The notes beneath the pieces were generated by a model. The model was not told the DNA's origin, did no database searches, and was given only the letters and a program-made list of their open reading frames with translations. A program made the translations under genes and the position numbers. From the NCBI GenBank assembly GCA_050287845.1, contig JBNKCR010000018.1, forward strand, positions 15,268 to 79,267: a DNA stretch of 64,000 bases, given 5' to 3'. The DNA is from Polyangia bacterium. GTDB taxonomy: Bacteria > Myxococcota_A > Polyangia > JAAYKL01. The first letter of the stretch is position 1. The number at the start of each line of letters is the position of its first letter. This document shows positions 45,009 to 54,660 of the stretch, piece after piece.

Positions 45009-46229
45009 ATGATGAAAAAAGCGCTGATTTATTTTCGCAGATGGTCGTTCTGGGCATTGAGTCGCCTGTTCAGTTTTGTGTATCTGCGTCCAAAATTCCG
45101 TCTGGAAATACGCGACAAGGACAAGCGAATTCCCAAACGCCCGTTTATCATGGTCTCCAATCATGGCACTTTTTTCGATCCATGGCTGATTGGACATTTG
45201 AGTCCATATCCACTGTCCATCATGATGAATGAGGAAGGATTCAAAGCGCCGTCCTTCACTCAATGGTACCTGAAAAATATCGGTGCCTTCCCCAAGAAAA
45301 AAGGGGAATCGGACATCGCGGCCATGAAGTATACACTGAAAACTCTCAAGGAAGGCTATCCGGTGCTGATTTTCCCGGAGGGGCAAACCACGTGGGATGG
45401 AAAAACCCAACCGATTTATGGTGGCATCGAAAGTATTATCAAGCGTTCCAAACTGCCATTGGTGATGATGCGGATTACCGGGAATTTTATCAGCAAACCC
45501 TGGTGGTCCGAAGCGTTCCGGAAGGGCAGGGTTATCATTCACAGAGATATTCTGTACCCCGAGCAGCTTGCGCAGATGAGTAAAAGTGAAATTCGAGACA
45601 CCATCATTGGCTTCATTGCCAATAACGACCTTGAAGATGAAGACATGAAACAGACAACGTTTGTCGGTCCGCCGGCAACGGAAGGCATCAACCGTTTTGT
45701 CTGGATGTGTCCAGCCTGTGGCGTGGAAGATCACATGACAGGAATAGAAGACCAGGTGAGCTGCACCGGTTGTTCAGCATCATGGAAAATGGATTCCCAC
45801 TTCAGGCTGGCACCGTCGAATGACAAAGCGACGCCGGTTGGAAGTCTGCTGGACTGGGCTAATTGGCATAAAAAACAGGTCAAAGAAAAAATTGCAGGCA
45901 CAAAAGACAGCGAATGTCTGACATCAAACGAGCAGGTCCACTATTGCGATGTGACTGATCATGGTGAATACCCCACCATCTCTGTCGGAAGGCTGTCATT
46001 AACCCCCCATACGCTTTCGTTTGTACCAACGGATGCCGCCATTGCCCCCTTTGAACTGCCGGTAGAAAAAATCAATGATTACGTTTTTCAGATGAAAACC
46101 ATTTTTGAATGCCGCTCAGAAGGCAAATTGTACAAGTTTCGTTTCGAAGACGACAGCCCCATGAAATGGGTGTACTATTTCAGATATCTCAATAACTACG
46201 CGGAATGCGAAGAACGCGGATATATCTGA
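45009..46229 (+). CDS. Lysophospholipid (PlsC-family) acyltransferase with a C-terminal CxxC-containing extension
   Basis: NHGTFFD (HX4D), FPEGQTTWDG; CPAC..CTGC. Confidence 0.88.
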   Translation: MMKKALIYFRRWSFWALSRLFSFVYLRPKFRLEIRDKDKRIPKRPFIMVSNHGTFFDPWLIGHLSPYPLSIMMNEEGFKAPSFTQWYLKNIGAFPKKKGESDIAAMKYTLKTLKEGYPVLIFPEGQTTWDGKTQPIYGGIESIIKRSKLPLVMMRITGNFISKPWWSEAFRKGRVIIHRDILYPEQLAQMSKSEIRDTIIGFIANNDLEDEDMKQTTFVGPPATEGINRFVWMCPACGVEDHMTGIEDQVSCTGCSASWKMDSHFRLAPSNDKATPVGSLLDWANWHKKQVKEKIAGTKDSECLTSNEQVHYCDVTDHGEYPTISVGRLSLTPHTLSFVPTDAAIAPFELPVEKINDYVFQMKTIFECRSEGKLYKFRFEDDSPMKWVYYFRYLNNYAECEERGYI

Positions 46230-46272
46230 ACAGAATCCACACCGCATTGGCAACCGAACATTGACTCCGGGG

Positions 46273-48075
46273 TTACAGCAGTGTTTCCAACTGATCAATG
46301 AGGGAATCCAGTCGCTTTATGAGGGCCACAATCGGCGCCGGAGTGGAGAGATCGGCACCGGCTCGCTGAAGAAGTTCCAATGGAAATAGAGATGATCCGG
46401 ACTTTAGGAAATTGAGATACGCATCGCGCTGCGCTTTGTTCCCATGGAGTACTTTCTGACTCAATGCCGTGGCGGCAGCGAGTCCGGTTGCATATTTATA
46501 CACGTAAAATGCGCTGTAAAAATGGGGAATTCTCGCCCATTCCATGGAAAGCAATTCATCGAAAACCAGGGTCGGACCAAAGTATGCTTTCACCAGTTCT
46601 GAATATTCGGCCTTCAGCCGTTCCACTGTCAGTGCCTCTCCGGATTCTATGATTTCGTGGGAAATCTTTTCAAACTCGGCAAACATCGTCTGTCTGATCA
46701 CGGTTGCCCTCAGTTGATTGATTTCCCTGTCGATAATGTATGCCTTCATCTGGTCATCCGTGGCGGTTTTCAGCAGATGGTCAGTAAGCAGCTGTTCGTT
46801 GAAGGTGGAGGCAACCTCGGCAACGAAAATCGTATAATCATAATTTGCGAAGTGTTGATTCCGGGCACTGAACCAGGTATGCATCGAATGTCCGGCTTCG
46901 TGAGCCAGGGTATACAGGCTCAGCAGCGAATCCGTTTTGTAATTCATCAGAATGTACGGTGGCACATCGTAACCACCGGCCGAAAAGGCGCCGCTTCTTT
47001 TTCCCCTGTTCTCATATCGGTCCACCCAGCGATCGCTGGTCAGCCCTTTTTTCAGGATTTTAAGATATCCGGATCCCAGGGGAACAAGGGCCTCTCCAAT
47101 GATGTCAACGGCTTCATCATAACCGCACTTCCAGTTCACCGATGAAATCAACGGCACATAGGTATCGAAAAAATGGAGTTCCCGCAGTTTCAGATGTTTT
47201 TTATGCAACTGCAGGTATCGATGATTGGTGTGCAAGTGCTCCCGCACAGTGTGAATCAGATTGTCGTACACCGATATCGGTACATCGTCTGCAAATAGCG
47301 AACGCTCTCTGGCGGAGGCGAAATTTCGGACCCTGGCCTGATACACATCCTGCTGTACTGACGCACTATAGGTTTCTGCCAAAGTGTTTTCGAATTCAGC
47401 GTATCTGGTAAACAGCTGTTGAAACGCGGCTTTTCGAACTGCGCGGTGGGGATTTTCCAACAACAGTCCGTAGCTGCTCTGAGTGAGCGTTACCGATTTG
47501 CCATCCACTTTCACGTCGCCGAATTTAAAGTCAGTATCGTTTAACTTTCGAAAGATATCTCCGGCGCTTCCGGATATTTCTCCCTGCATCGCGAGAATCC
47601 GCTCTTCCTTGTGACTCAGAATATGACGTTTCTGCCGCAGTATTTTTTGTATGGTGATTACGTAATCGGCCAGACACTCACTTTTGAGGAACTGTTCAAT
47701 TTTACGTCCGGGAATGGCCAATATCGCCGGCGTAATAAAACTCGACGCCTCTTCGATTCGGGTCGCCAGACGCGTGTACTGCGCTACCAGTTCCTGGCTT
47801 TCGCTGCTCGCGAGATCCACTGACTGGGTCAGAAACGCATAAGAACCCAGACGCTCGAGCCGACGTCCGATCTCCACATCAAAATCGAGCAACGCTGCCA
47901 GTTTCTGAGCGTCCCGGGTCATTGATTTCTGATGTTCGGCATACTGGGGATACAAATTTTCCAGCTTGGTGAATGCCCGTTTCCATGCAGCGCGTGTCTT
48001 AAAAATCTTTTCGAGATTCCATGTGTCCGCGGTGGGAATCTCTGCCCGGGGTTCAACCTGTTGTTTTCTGGCCAT
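46273..48075 (-). CDS. pepF: Oligoendopeptidase F (M3B)
   Basis: TWNL..IF, WVDRYENRGKRSGAFS, HEAGHSMH, AEVAS, RQTMFAEFE, WARIPHFY..YVYKYATG. Confidence 0.95.
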   Translation of the reverse strand: MARKQQVEPRAEIPTADTWNLEKIFKTRAAWKRAFTKLENLYPQYAEHQKSMTRDAQKLAALLDFDVEIGRRLERLGSYAFLTQSVDLASSESQELVAQYTRLATRIEEASSFITPAILAIPGRKIEQFLKSECLADYVITIQKILRQKRHILSHKEERILAMQGEISGSAGDIFRKLNDTDFKFGDVKVDGKSVTLTQSSYGLLLENPHRAVRKAAFQQLFTRYAEFENTLAETYSASVQQDVYQARVRNFASARERSLFADDVPISVYDNLIHTVREHLHTNHRYLQLHKKHLKLRELHFFDTYVPLISSVNWKCGYDEAVDIIGEALVPLGSGYLKILKKGLTSDRWVDRYENRGKRSGAFSAGGYDVPPYILMNYKTDSLLSLYTLAHEAGHSMHTWFSARNQHFANYDYTIFVAEVASTFNEQLLTDHLLKTATDDQMKAYIIDREINQLRATVIRQTMFAEFEKISHEIIESGEALTVERLKAEYSELVKAYFGPTLVFDELLSMEWARIPHFYSAFYVYKYATGLAAATALSQKVLHGNKAQRDAYLNFLKSGSSLFPLELLQRAGADLSTPAPIVALIKRLDSLIDQLETLL

Positions 48076-48104
48076 GAGGCTTCCTTCCATTTTCTTCGTT
48101 GAAA

Positions 48105-49832
48105 TCAGTCGAGGGGTATCAGACTGTCCCGACTGGCTTGTATATAAATTGAAAATACGGTTTCTTTGCCAGGGTCAGATGCTACATCCACTGAACCGCC
48201 ATGGGCAAAGGCAATATTATAGACCATCGACAGGCCGATGCCCGTGCCCTGATCTTTTTCCTTGGTCGTAAAAAATGGGTCAAATATTTTTTGCAGAGTC
48301 GCCGGATTCATTCCCGGTCCATCGTCTTTCACCCGAATGCAGATATAATCCTGGCCCTTGTCAGTGCTCAGGTCTTCGGGAATCCGATCTTTTTTAACCG
48401 GTGAAGCGGAAAGTTCAATCGTGCCCTCGTTGGTACCAATGGCGTCCCGAGCATTGATGCACAGATTCAGAAGCGCCTGGGTCAGGGAGGTCCGGTCCGC
48501 TTTCACGGTCAGGGGGGTTGTATCGCGGATGTGAATGCGGATATTGTCGGGGAGTGTATTCCGCATGATAGATACCGTGTCGTTCAATATTTCAAGCAAA
48601 TCTATCGCCGACGTTTCCACCAGCGCACTTCGTGAGAAAGTACTCAACCGGTCCAGAATATGAGATGCGGTCTGTCCGCAATCCGATATAGTGTCCAGAT
48701 AGGTGGCGATAGACCGGATGTCTCTGGTTTCTCCGTTTCTTTCGAGACGTTGAATGGAGCGCCGCATCAGAGACACACCACCAAAAATTCCGGCTAGAAT
48801 ATTGTTGAAATCATGAGCCAGGCCACCCGCCAGTTTCCCGACGGTCTGCATTTTGTGTGATCGCGCAAGGGCCAGCTCAAGCTCATACCGTTCACTCATG
48901 TCCCGGACACTGAGCTCAAGACATTTCTGCCCGTTCCAGTCGATGGGGGTCTGGGTGACATGCACCGGCAGACTGCCCCCCGCCCCGTGCAGACGCGAAA
49001 AGGGACTTTCGTCGAACCGGTCGGCGTTCAGCCGCAAAGAAAATGTTGAGGCATCTCCCGCAAAGAAATGCTGCAGGGGTTTGCCCACAATATCCACTGT
49101 TTCAATGCCGACCATTTCCTGGAATTTCCGATTGATGGCAAGAATGCACATTCGCGATGAAACAATCACAACTCCGTCTGGAATGCCGTTGAACAGGGCG
49201 AGATAGTGGTTTTCTGATTCAATGAGTTCCCGGGTTGCCAAACCAACCAGGTAACCGAACAGAGCCATTCCCAGGGAAATGATCACATCGTTTGCGATTT
49301 GCCATGTCAGCGGAAGGGATGCCGCGTTGTGCAGTTCGAATGAAGGCGGGATATCCTGAAAAATGTAACATCCCCCGACAATTGAAATGTGCACAGCGGC
49401 GCAAAGGATGCCGGTCAATAGAACCAGACGCGCATTGTGTCGCAATGATGCCGTAGCAATAATCATGAAATATAATGCCACCAGTGGTCCGGAAACGAAA
49501 TTGAGCGGGGATTGCCGCAATACCGCGAGATCGAGAGACGCTATAAATAGGATGTCCAGCAACATGGTCGTTGCAGCGACAACGGGAACCCATCGGCTTT
49601 GCCGCACTGTCAACAGCACCACAATATTGACCATTGACCATGTTACAAAAACGACAGTGACACGAATCAGCATGGGATAGAAATCGTATGACTTTTCTTT
49701 CAGCCACAGAAGGGTAACAATAGTACCCAGGCACGCGATGCCGATTTTAATCAGGGCAATATGACGCTCATTCTGTACATCCGCCGGATACTCGGTTCCT
49801 GAAAAGAACGACCTGAATTTACGGGAAATCAC
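48105..49832 (-). CDS. Multi-TM PAS sensor histidine kinase
   Basis: About 5-6 TMs; PAS LFNGIPDG; H-box AHDFNN; NLCINARDA; DDGPGM; FDPFFTTK; GTGIGL. Confidence 0.93.
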   Translation of the reverse strand: MISRKFRSFFSGTEYPADVQNERHIALIKIGIACLGTIVTLLWLKEKSYDFYPMLIRVTVVFVTWSMVNIVVLLTVRQSRWVPVVAATTMLLDILFIASLDLAVLRQSPLNFVSGPLVALYFMIIATASLRHNARLVLLTGILCAAVHISIVGGCYIFQDIPPSFELHNAASLPLTWQIANDVIISLGMALFGYLVGLATRELIESENHYLALFNGIPDGVVIVSSRMCILAINRKFQEMVGIETVDIVGKPLQHFFAGDASTFSLRLNADRFDESPFSRLHGAGGSLPVHVTQTPIDWNGQKCLELSVRDMSERYELELALARSHKMQTVGKLAGGLAHDFNNILAGIFGGVSLMRRSIQRLERNGETRDIRSIATYLDTISDCGQTASHILDRLSTFSRSALVETSAIDLLEILNDTVSIMRNTLPDNIRIHIRDTTPLTVKADRTSLTQALLNLCINARDAIGTNEGTIELSASPVKKDRIPEDLSTDKGQDYICIRVKDDGPGMNPATLQKIFDPFFTTKEKDQGTGIGLSMVYNIAFAHGGSVDVASDPGKETVFSIYIQASRDSLIPLD

Positions 49833-51532
49833 AACGGACGCTCCATGAAATTTGAAAATGGTAAATACACCGACACGCTGGTTCCGCGATCTCTACTGGA
49901 CGTTATATTCATGGATCCATTGTGGTGTCTGATAATGGTATGCGCAATCGACAGTCCAAGACCGGCTCCCCGCCGGGTGGTTTCCTTGGTGGAGAAAAAC
50001 GGTTCCATGCAGCGCAGGAGAACGCGGGGTTCCATCCCATGTCCATGATCCGAAATGGTGATGGATAAAAAACGGATATCCGCCATATCTGTGGCGAGCC
50101 GCATATACGGTGGCAACTCAACCAGTTCGGACGCCGGGGGCGTCTGGGCCTGGATTGTGATTTCGCCACCGTCGCTCATGGCTTCTTTGGCATTCAGACA
50201 GATATTGAGTAATGCCTGAAAAATATTGGCTTCATCACCTTCAATCAATATGGGGGTGTCTAGGGACAACGTCAGTTGAATTCTATGCATTTCCCCAAAT
50301 GTTTTACGTGTAAAATTCTGCAGCTCCTTGAGCAATTTTCGAATTTCAAAACTGCTGGTGCTTCTTCCCTGAGCCCTGGACAGTGCCAGTAGACTCTTCA
50401 GTACGTCTCGTGCGTTTTCTGCACACTCCTGTATCACTTTTGCGTTCCGATGCAACTTGGTGTACTCAATGGATTCCGGTGCCCGATAAAGGCGGTTGCG
50501 AATGAGGGATACAGCGCCAAGGATCCCCCCCAGCAGATTGTTGAAATCATGCGCCATACCACGGGCAATCTGACCAAGTGCCTCGGTTTTCTGCGCCAGA
50601 AAAATTTGTTCCCGCAGCCCCTCCTGTTCGGACATATTCCGGACACTGAGGATTTTTTTAGGAATCGGTTTGTCTGATTCAAGCAGCGATTCGGTGATAC
50701 TGACCGGAATCTTCGTTTCAGTGGTTCGCTGGGTAACGATTCTGTTGTCGGCGTTTGCCCTGTACTCAGACTCAAATATACCGCTGATGGATCGGTCGAT
50801 AATATCGGGAAGCGCTTGCTGCAGCATATCGGCAAATGACTGATTTACCGTTTCGATTTTTCCCGCTGTTCCGGTGAGCACAATCCCATCAGGAACATTG
50901 TTGAAGAGAGTGGCGTAATTTTTACGGGCGGCTCTGATTCTGGAGGTCACATGCCCCACGGTCCATGCAACCACAGCCAGGGCCAGCGATTTGGCCAGTT
51001 GGTTGAGCTCGGCGATTTCACCCACGCGTCTTGCTCCCATGTAAAGAGCATCACATGAGGTCTCGTGCAGGGTCTGTTGAAAATAGTAGCTTAACAGCAG
51101 ATAGCTGATTGCAGATGATAGGCCGACCGTATAGACCATCCACACATTCTTTCGGACAGCTGCCAGTGCAATGGCAATGAAGTACAGTGAAAAAACGAGA
51201 TTGTCGGAATAATTAAGGGCACACAGATACTGCGACGCGAAAACCAGTCCAGTGACGGTACTGACATCCGCCAGGGCTGACGCTACCGACATCCAGTGAG
51301 AATATCTGTAAAGAAAAAAGACCAGGCGCAACACTACATTGAACAGAAGCCATCCTGTGGCCACCAGGAACATGGGCGCCAGAACGAAAACGGATGTATT
51401 TTTAAGCCATATGTGAAAAATCCCGAAATAGGCGATAAACACCAGATAAATTAAAATTCTGATGCTGCAAATCCGCTTTTCACACCAGAGCGCTGATTCC
51501 ATGCGTGGCAACGGATTGCTTTTTTCATGCAT
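49829..51532 (-). CDS. Multi-TM PAS sensor histidine kinase (paralog of 48105-49832)
   Basis: About 5-6 TMs; PAS LFNNVPDG; AHDFNN; NICLNAKEA; DHGHGM; EPFFSTK; GAGLGL; start 51532 or 51544. Confidence 0.93.
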   Translation of the reverse strand: MHEKSNPLPRMESALWCEKRICSIRILIYLVFIAYFGIFHIWLKNTSVFVLAPMFLVATGWLLFNVVLRLVFFLYRYSHWMSVASALADVSTVTGLVFASQYLCALNYSDNLVFSLYFIAIALAAVRKNVWMVYTVGLSSAISYLLLSYYFQQTLHETSCDALYMGARRVGEIAELNQLAKSLALAVVAWTVGHVTSRIRAARKNYATLFNNVPDGIVLTGTAGKIETVNQSFADMLQQALPDIIDRSISGIFESEYRANADNRIVTQRTTETKIPVSITESLLESDKPIPKKILSVRNMSEQEGLREQIFLAQKTEALGQIARGMAHDFNNLLGGILGAVSLIRNRLYRAPESIEYTKLHRNAKVIQECAENARDVLKSLLALSRAQGRSTSSFEIRKLLKELQNFTRKTFGEMHRIQLTLSLDTPILIEGDEANIFQALLNICLNAKEAMSDGGEITIQAQTPPASELVELPPYMRLATDMADIRFLSITISDHGHGMEPRVLLRCMEPFFSTKETTRRGAGLGLSIAHTIIRHHNGSMNITSSRDRGTSVSVYLPFSNFMERPL

Positions 51533-51551
51533 TGTATCCCCCATTTCGAAT

Positions 51552-52718
51552 TCAACTCCGTGCCAGCTTCTCTTTCACGAATGCAATTACCTGTGCAGCT
51601 CTTCCATCCCAGGTGTATTGCGTGGCATCCTGTCTGGCGTTGTTGCTCAACTGCCTTGCAAGTGACGGAGAGGATAAAATGCTCCGGATAGCGACGGCGG
51701 TCGCCGAAGGCATATCGGGTGGTACGGTCAGACAGTTGCGTTCATGAATGAGCACGCCACGGGTATCCGGCTGTTCCGGCGCGACAATCGGCTTGCCGGC
51801 GGCCATGTAAGTGAATGTTTTCATCGGCAACACGGTTGCAGACTTCAACGGCAATGACGAAGGGGGCAGGATGAGAATATCCGCAGCCGCCAGGTACGTT
51901 GGGACTTCGCGAATGGGGACCTGGCTGACCAGTCGAACATTCGATAACTGCCGCTGCGCTGCCATCTTCTGCAATTCAGCAACCTCCGACACGGAGCCGC
52001 CCACAATCAGCATTGTCGTTTCCGGGCAGACTTGAGCTGTGTCCAGCAACGCGTCCACTCCCTTATCAGGGCGAATCTGCCCTGTATACGCAATGATCTT
52101 CTCGTCCGCCGTAAGGTTCAGGATACTTCGTGCCGCATCTTTGTCCGGCAACTGCGCATGCTCCCGGGGATCGTAGCCGTTGGGAATGGTTTTAATTTTC
52201 TCAGCGGCGATGCCATTGTCCACCATCACTTGTCTGGCATACTCTGAATGGGTTGAAAGCCCAATGAACCCACGCTTCAGCGATGCCTTTTTCACAATGC
52301 GAAATATCTTCGGATTGGTATCCGGCAGGGCCCGATACGTTTCAAACAGGGTCGGCACACCCAATCGCGAAGTTAGAAACAGCGGAATGATATTTCGTGT
52401 GTACACTGCGTCGTAGTTGCCCATCAGTGCTTTCACCGGGGCGAGAATGCCATGAAACAGTTTTTCGGCCCGCAAATCAGATGCGGGCCAGAAAGGAATA
52501 TCCCGTATCTGGAAATGACCTTCAATATTATAATATTCGCAGATGTCCCGCATACGGGCATCATTCGATTTTCCCCAATGCTGCCACTTGCGCGGTTGAA
52601 TTAAATCCACATGGGAGCCGGCTCTGCCCAGCGCATCAATGGTTTTCATGACCTGTTGGGTGTCCGTGTGTATCGACGGAAATCTTTCATCGGAAATATA
52701 GGCTATTTTTAAACTCAC
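51552..52718 (-). CDS. GT4 family glycosyltransferase
   Basis: KIAYIS, PNGYD, YTGQIRPDKGVD, AADILILP, PMKTFTYMAAGKPIV, YTWDGRA; GTG start inferred. Confidence 0.88.
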   Translation of the reverse strand: MSLKIAYISDERFPSIHTDTQQVMKTIDALGRAGSHVDLIQPRKWQHWGKSNDARMRDICEYYNIEGHFQIRDIPFWPASDLRAEKLFHGILAPVKALMGNYDAVYTRNIIPLFLTSRLGVPTLFETYRALPDTNPKIFRIVKKASLKRGFIGLSTHSEYARQVMVDNGIAAEKIKTIPNGYDPREHAQLPDKDAARSILNLTADEKIIAYTGQIRPDKGVDALLDTAQVCPETTMLIVGGSVSEVAELQKMAAQRQLSNVRLVSQVPIREVPTYLAAADILILPPSSLPLKSATVLPMKTFTYMAAGKPIVAPEQPDTRGVLIHERNCLTVPPDMPSATAVAIRSILSSPSLARQLSNNARQDATQYTWDGRAAQVIAFVKEKLARS

Positions 52719-52847
52719 TTTATTCGCTTTCTCCCACCTGACAGAAGGTCTATCAGAATGTAGAACACAATCAACCGAATTCCTGTACTGAAATCCGCGA
52801 TACCGACGAACAATCAACCGGACACTGATTTGGTGTGGTTTGGCGCA

Positions 52848-54518
52848 CTACGCACTGGGAAAGATATTCTTTTCGAGGGCATTCAGCAGTTGGGAAAATG
52901 CGTAGGGTTTGGGAATGCAATTCTGAATGCCCAGTCGCTGGCACCTGGCTCGCACATTCAGATCACAGATAGCCGACATAGCGATAATGGGGATGTGATG
53001 ATTTTTTACCGCTGAAATGGGGCTGCGAATCACGCCTGCGGTTTCCAGCCCACCCATTTCCCCCAAATCCAGATCGAGTAGCAGTACGTCGAAATTCTCC
53101 TCTTCCAGAAATTCCAGAACCTGGGTGCTTGTCATCGCGGTTTTATACAGGCATCCGAGTCGCTTTAAAAAGGCGGTCCCCACCAGCTGTGCATCGCGAT
53201 TCTTGTCTGCCAGCAGAATTCTGAGGATGCCGGATGGCGGATGGGAAATTGCGGCAGGCAGTCGGCCGAATTCGGTATCGTCCAGCATTTGCTGGGGTGG
53301 TTGTTTGTACAGTTTAACAGTGAACCAGAAAGTGGATCCTTTCCCCACCGCGCTGTTGACGCCGATTTGGCCGTCCATCATCAAGGTAATCTGTTTGGCC
53401 AGCGCCAGGCCCAGACCAATTCCGGAATACGCACCGGCAAAGTCATCTGCCTGGGTGAACGCATCGAACAGGCTTGCCAGAGATTCCCTGCTGATTCCGA
53501 TTCCAGTGTCGGAAATCATGACCTTCAGAGGCAGGGTGGTGTCCGTCTCATCACCTTTCGCAACCACCACGGCAATGGTACCGTTGCGTGTGAATTTATA
53601 GGCATTTTCGAGCAGTATGTAGAGCAGCTGCCCCAGACGCCACGGATCCCCCTGCAGATACAGCGGAATTCCCTGTTCCAGGCGTTTCTCAAACATCACA
53701 TCAGTGTTGTTTTTGTTTGTATATCGAAACTGAACTCTGGAAATCACGTCGTCAATCAATGTCTGCAGATTGAAATTCACTTTTTCCAAATCAAGTGTAC
53801 CGGTTTCAATTCGAGAGTAGTCGAGCAGCTCCGTAAGGGAATTGCTCAGGCTCAGAATATTGGACTGAATCACACGGGCGTAATGGTGCTGATCTTCCGT
53901 CAACTCTGTATCCAGTAAAATATCGATCATTGATTCCACACCCAGGGCTGGAATACGCAATTCGTTGGTCATTTTTTTGAGAAATTCACTTTTCGCCTTA
54001 TTGGCTTTTTCGGCGACCAGTCGCGCTTCGGTGGCCTCTGCAACGGCCGTCCGCAGTTTGGCATTCGCTGCTGTCAATTGCGTCAGATGCATCTGATTTT
54101 CTTTTTCCAGACGCATTTTGCCAAACGCCCGATCCACCACATGTCGCAATATGTCCAGATCGAGCACGGGCTTTTTCAGATAATCCCATGCGCCGTGCCG
54201 AATGGCATTCACCGCATCGTCAATGCTACCCATTCCGGAAATCATGACCACTGGAACCTGGCTGTTTCTATCGTTGATAAATTTGAGAACATCGATACCG
54301 TCCGCTTTTCCGGGAATCCGAATATCCAGCAACACCACATCCGGCTGAATTTCATCAAACGTCTCCATCGCTTTCGCGCCATCCTGACAGGTGGTCACTT
54401 CATAGTTGCAATCTCTCAAATAGATGGCAAACGAATCGCAAATCATGCGGTCGTCATCCACAATCAGCACTTTGCCCGGCGGCGAAAAGCTCACTGGTAT
54501 ATCGGTAATATCATTCAT
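52848..54518 (-). CDS. Hybrid REC-HisKA-HATPase-REC protein lacking the phosphoacceptor His
   Basis: N-terminal REC (VDDD, LLDI, KP); AKSEFLKKMTNELRIP; ENAYKFT, DTGIGI, GIGLGL; C-terminal REC (LLDL, AMS, KP). Confidence 0.9.
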   Translation of the reverse strand: MNDITDIPVSFSPPGKVLIVDDDRMICDSFAIYLRDCNYEVTTCQDGAKAMETFDEIQPDVVLLDIRIPGKADGIDVLKFINDRNSQVPVVMISGMGSIDDAVNAIRHGAWDYLKKPVLDLDILRHVVDRAFGKMRLEKENQMHLTQLTAANAKLRTAVAEATEARLVAEKANKAKSEFLKKMTNELRIPALGVESMIDILLDTELTEDQHHYARVIQSNILSLSNSLTELLDYSRIETGTLDLEKVNFNLQTLIDDVISRVQFRYTNKNNTDVMFEKRLEQGIPLYLQGDPWRLGQLLYILLENAYKFTRNGTIAVVVAKGDETDTTLPLKVMISDTGIGISRESLASLFDAFTQADDFAGAYSGIGLGLALAKQITLMMDGQIGVNSAVGKGSTFWFTVKLYKQPPQQMLDDTEFGRLPAAISHPPSGILRILLADKNRDAQLVGTAFLKRLGCLYKTAMTSTQVLEFLEEENFDVLLLDLDLGEMGGLETAGVIRSPISAVKNHHIPIIAMSAICDLNVRARCQRLGIQNCIPKPYAFSQLLNALEKNIFPSA

Positions 54519-54660
54519 GCTTCGGAGCCCCCTGAAGAATACGTCTGAAGATATCAGTACTTTTTTACAACGAAGATACCGGCACAAATTTAAGTGGAAA
54601 AGCACACACGGGCAAGGTGGGGCGCAATATATATCAACGGATCCTTTTCTGACAACCGAA

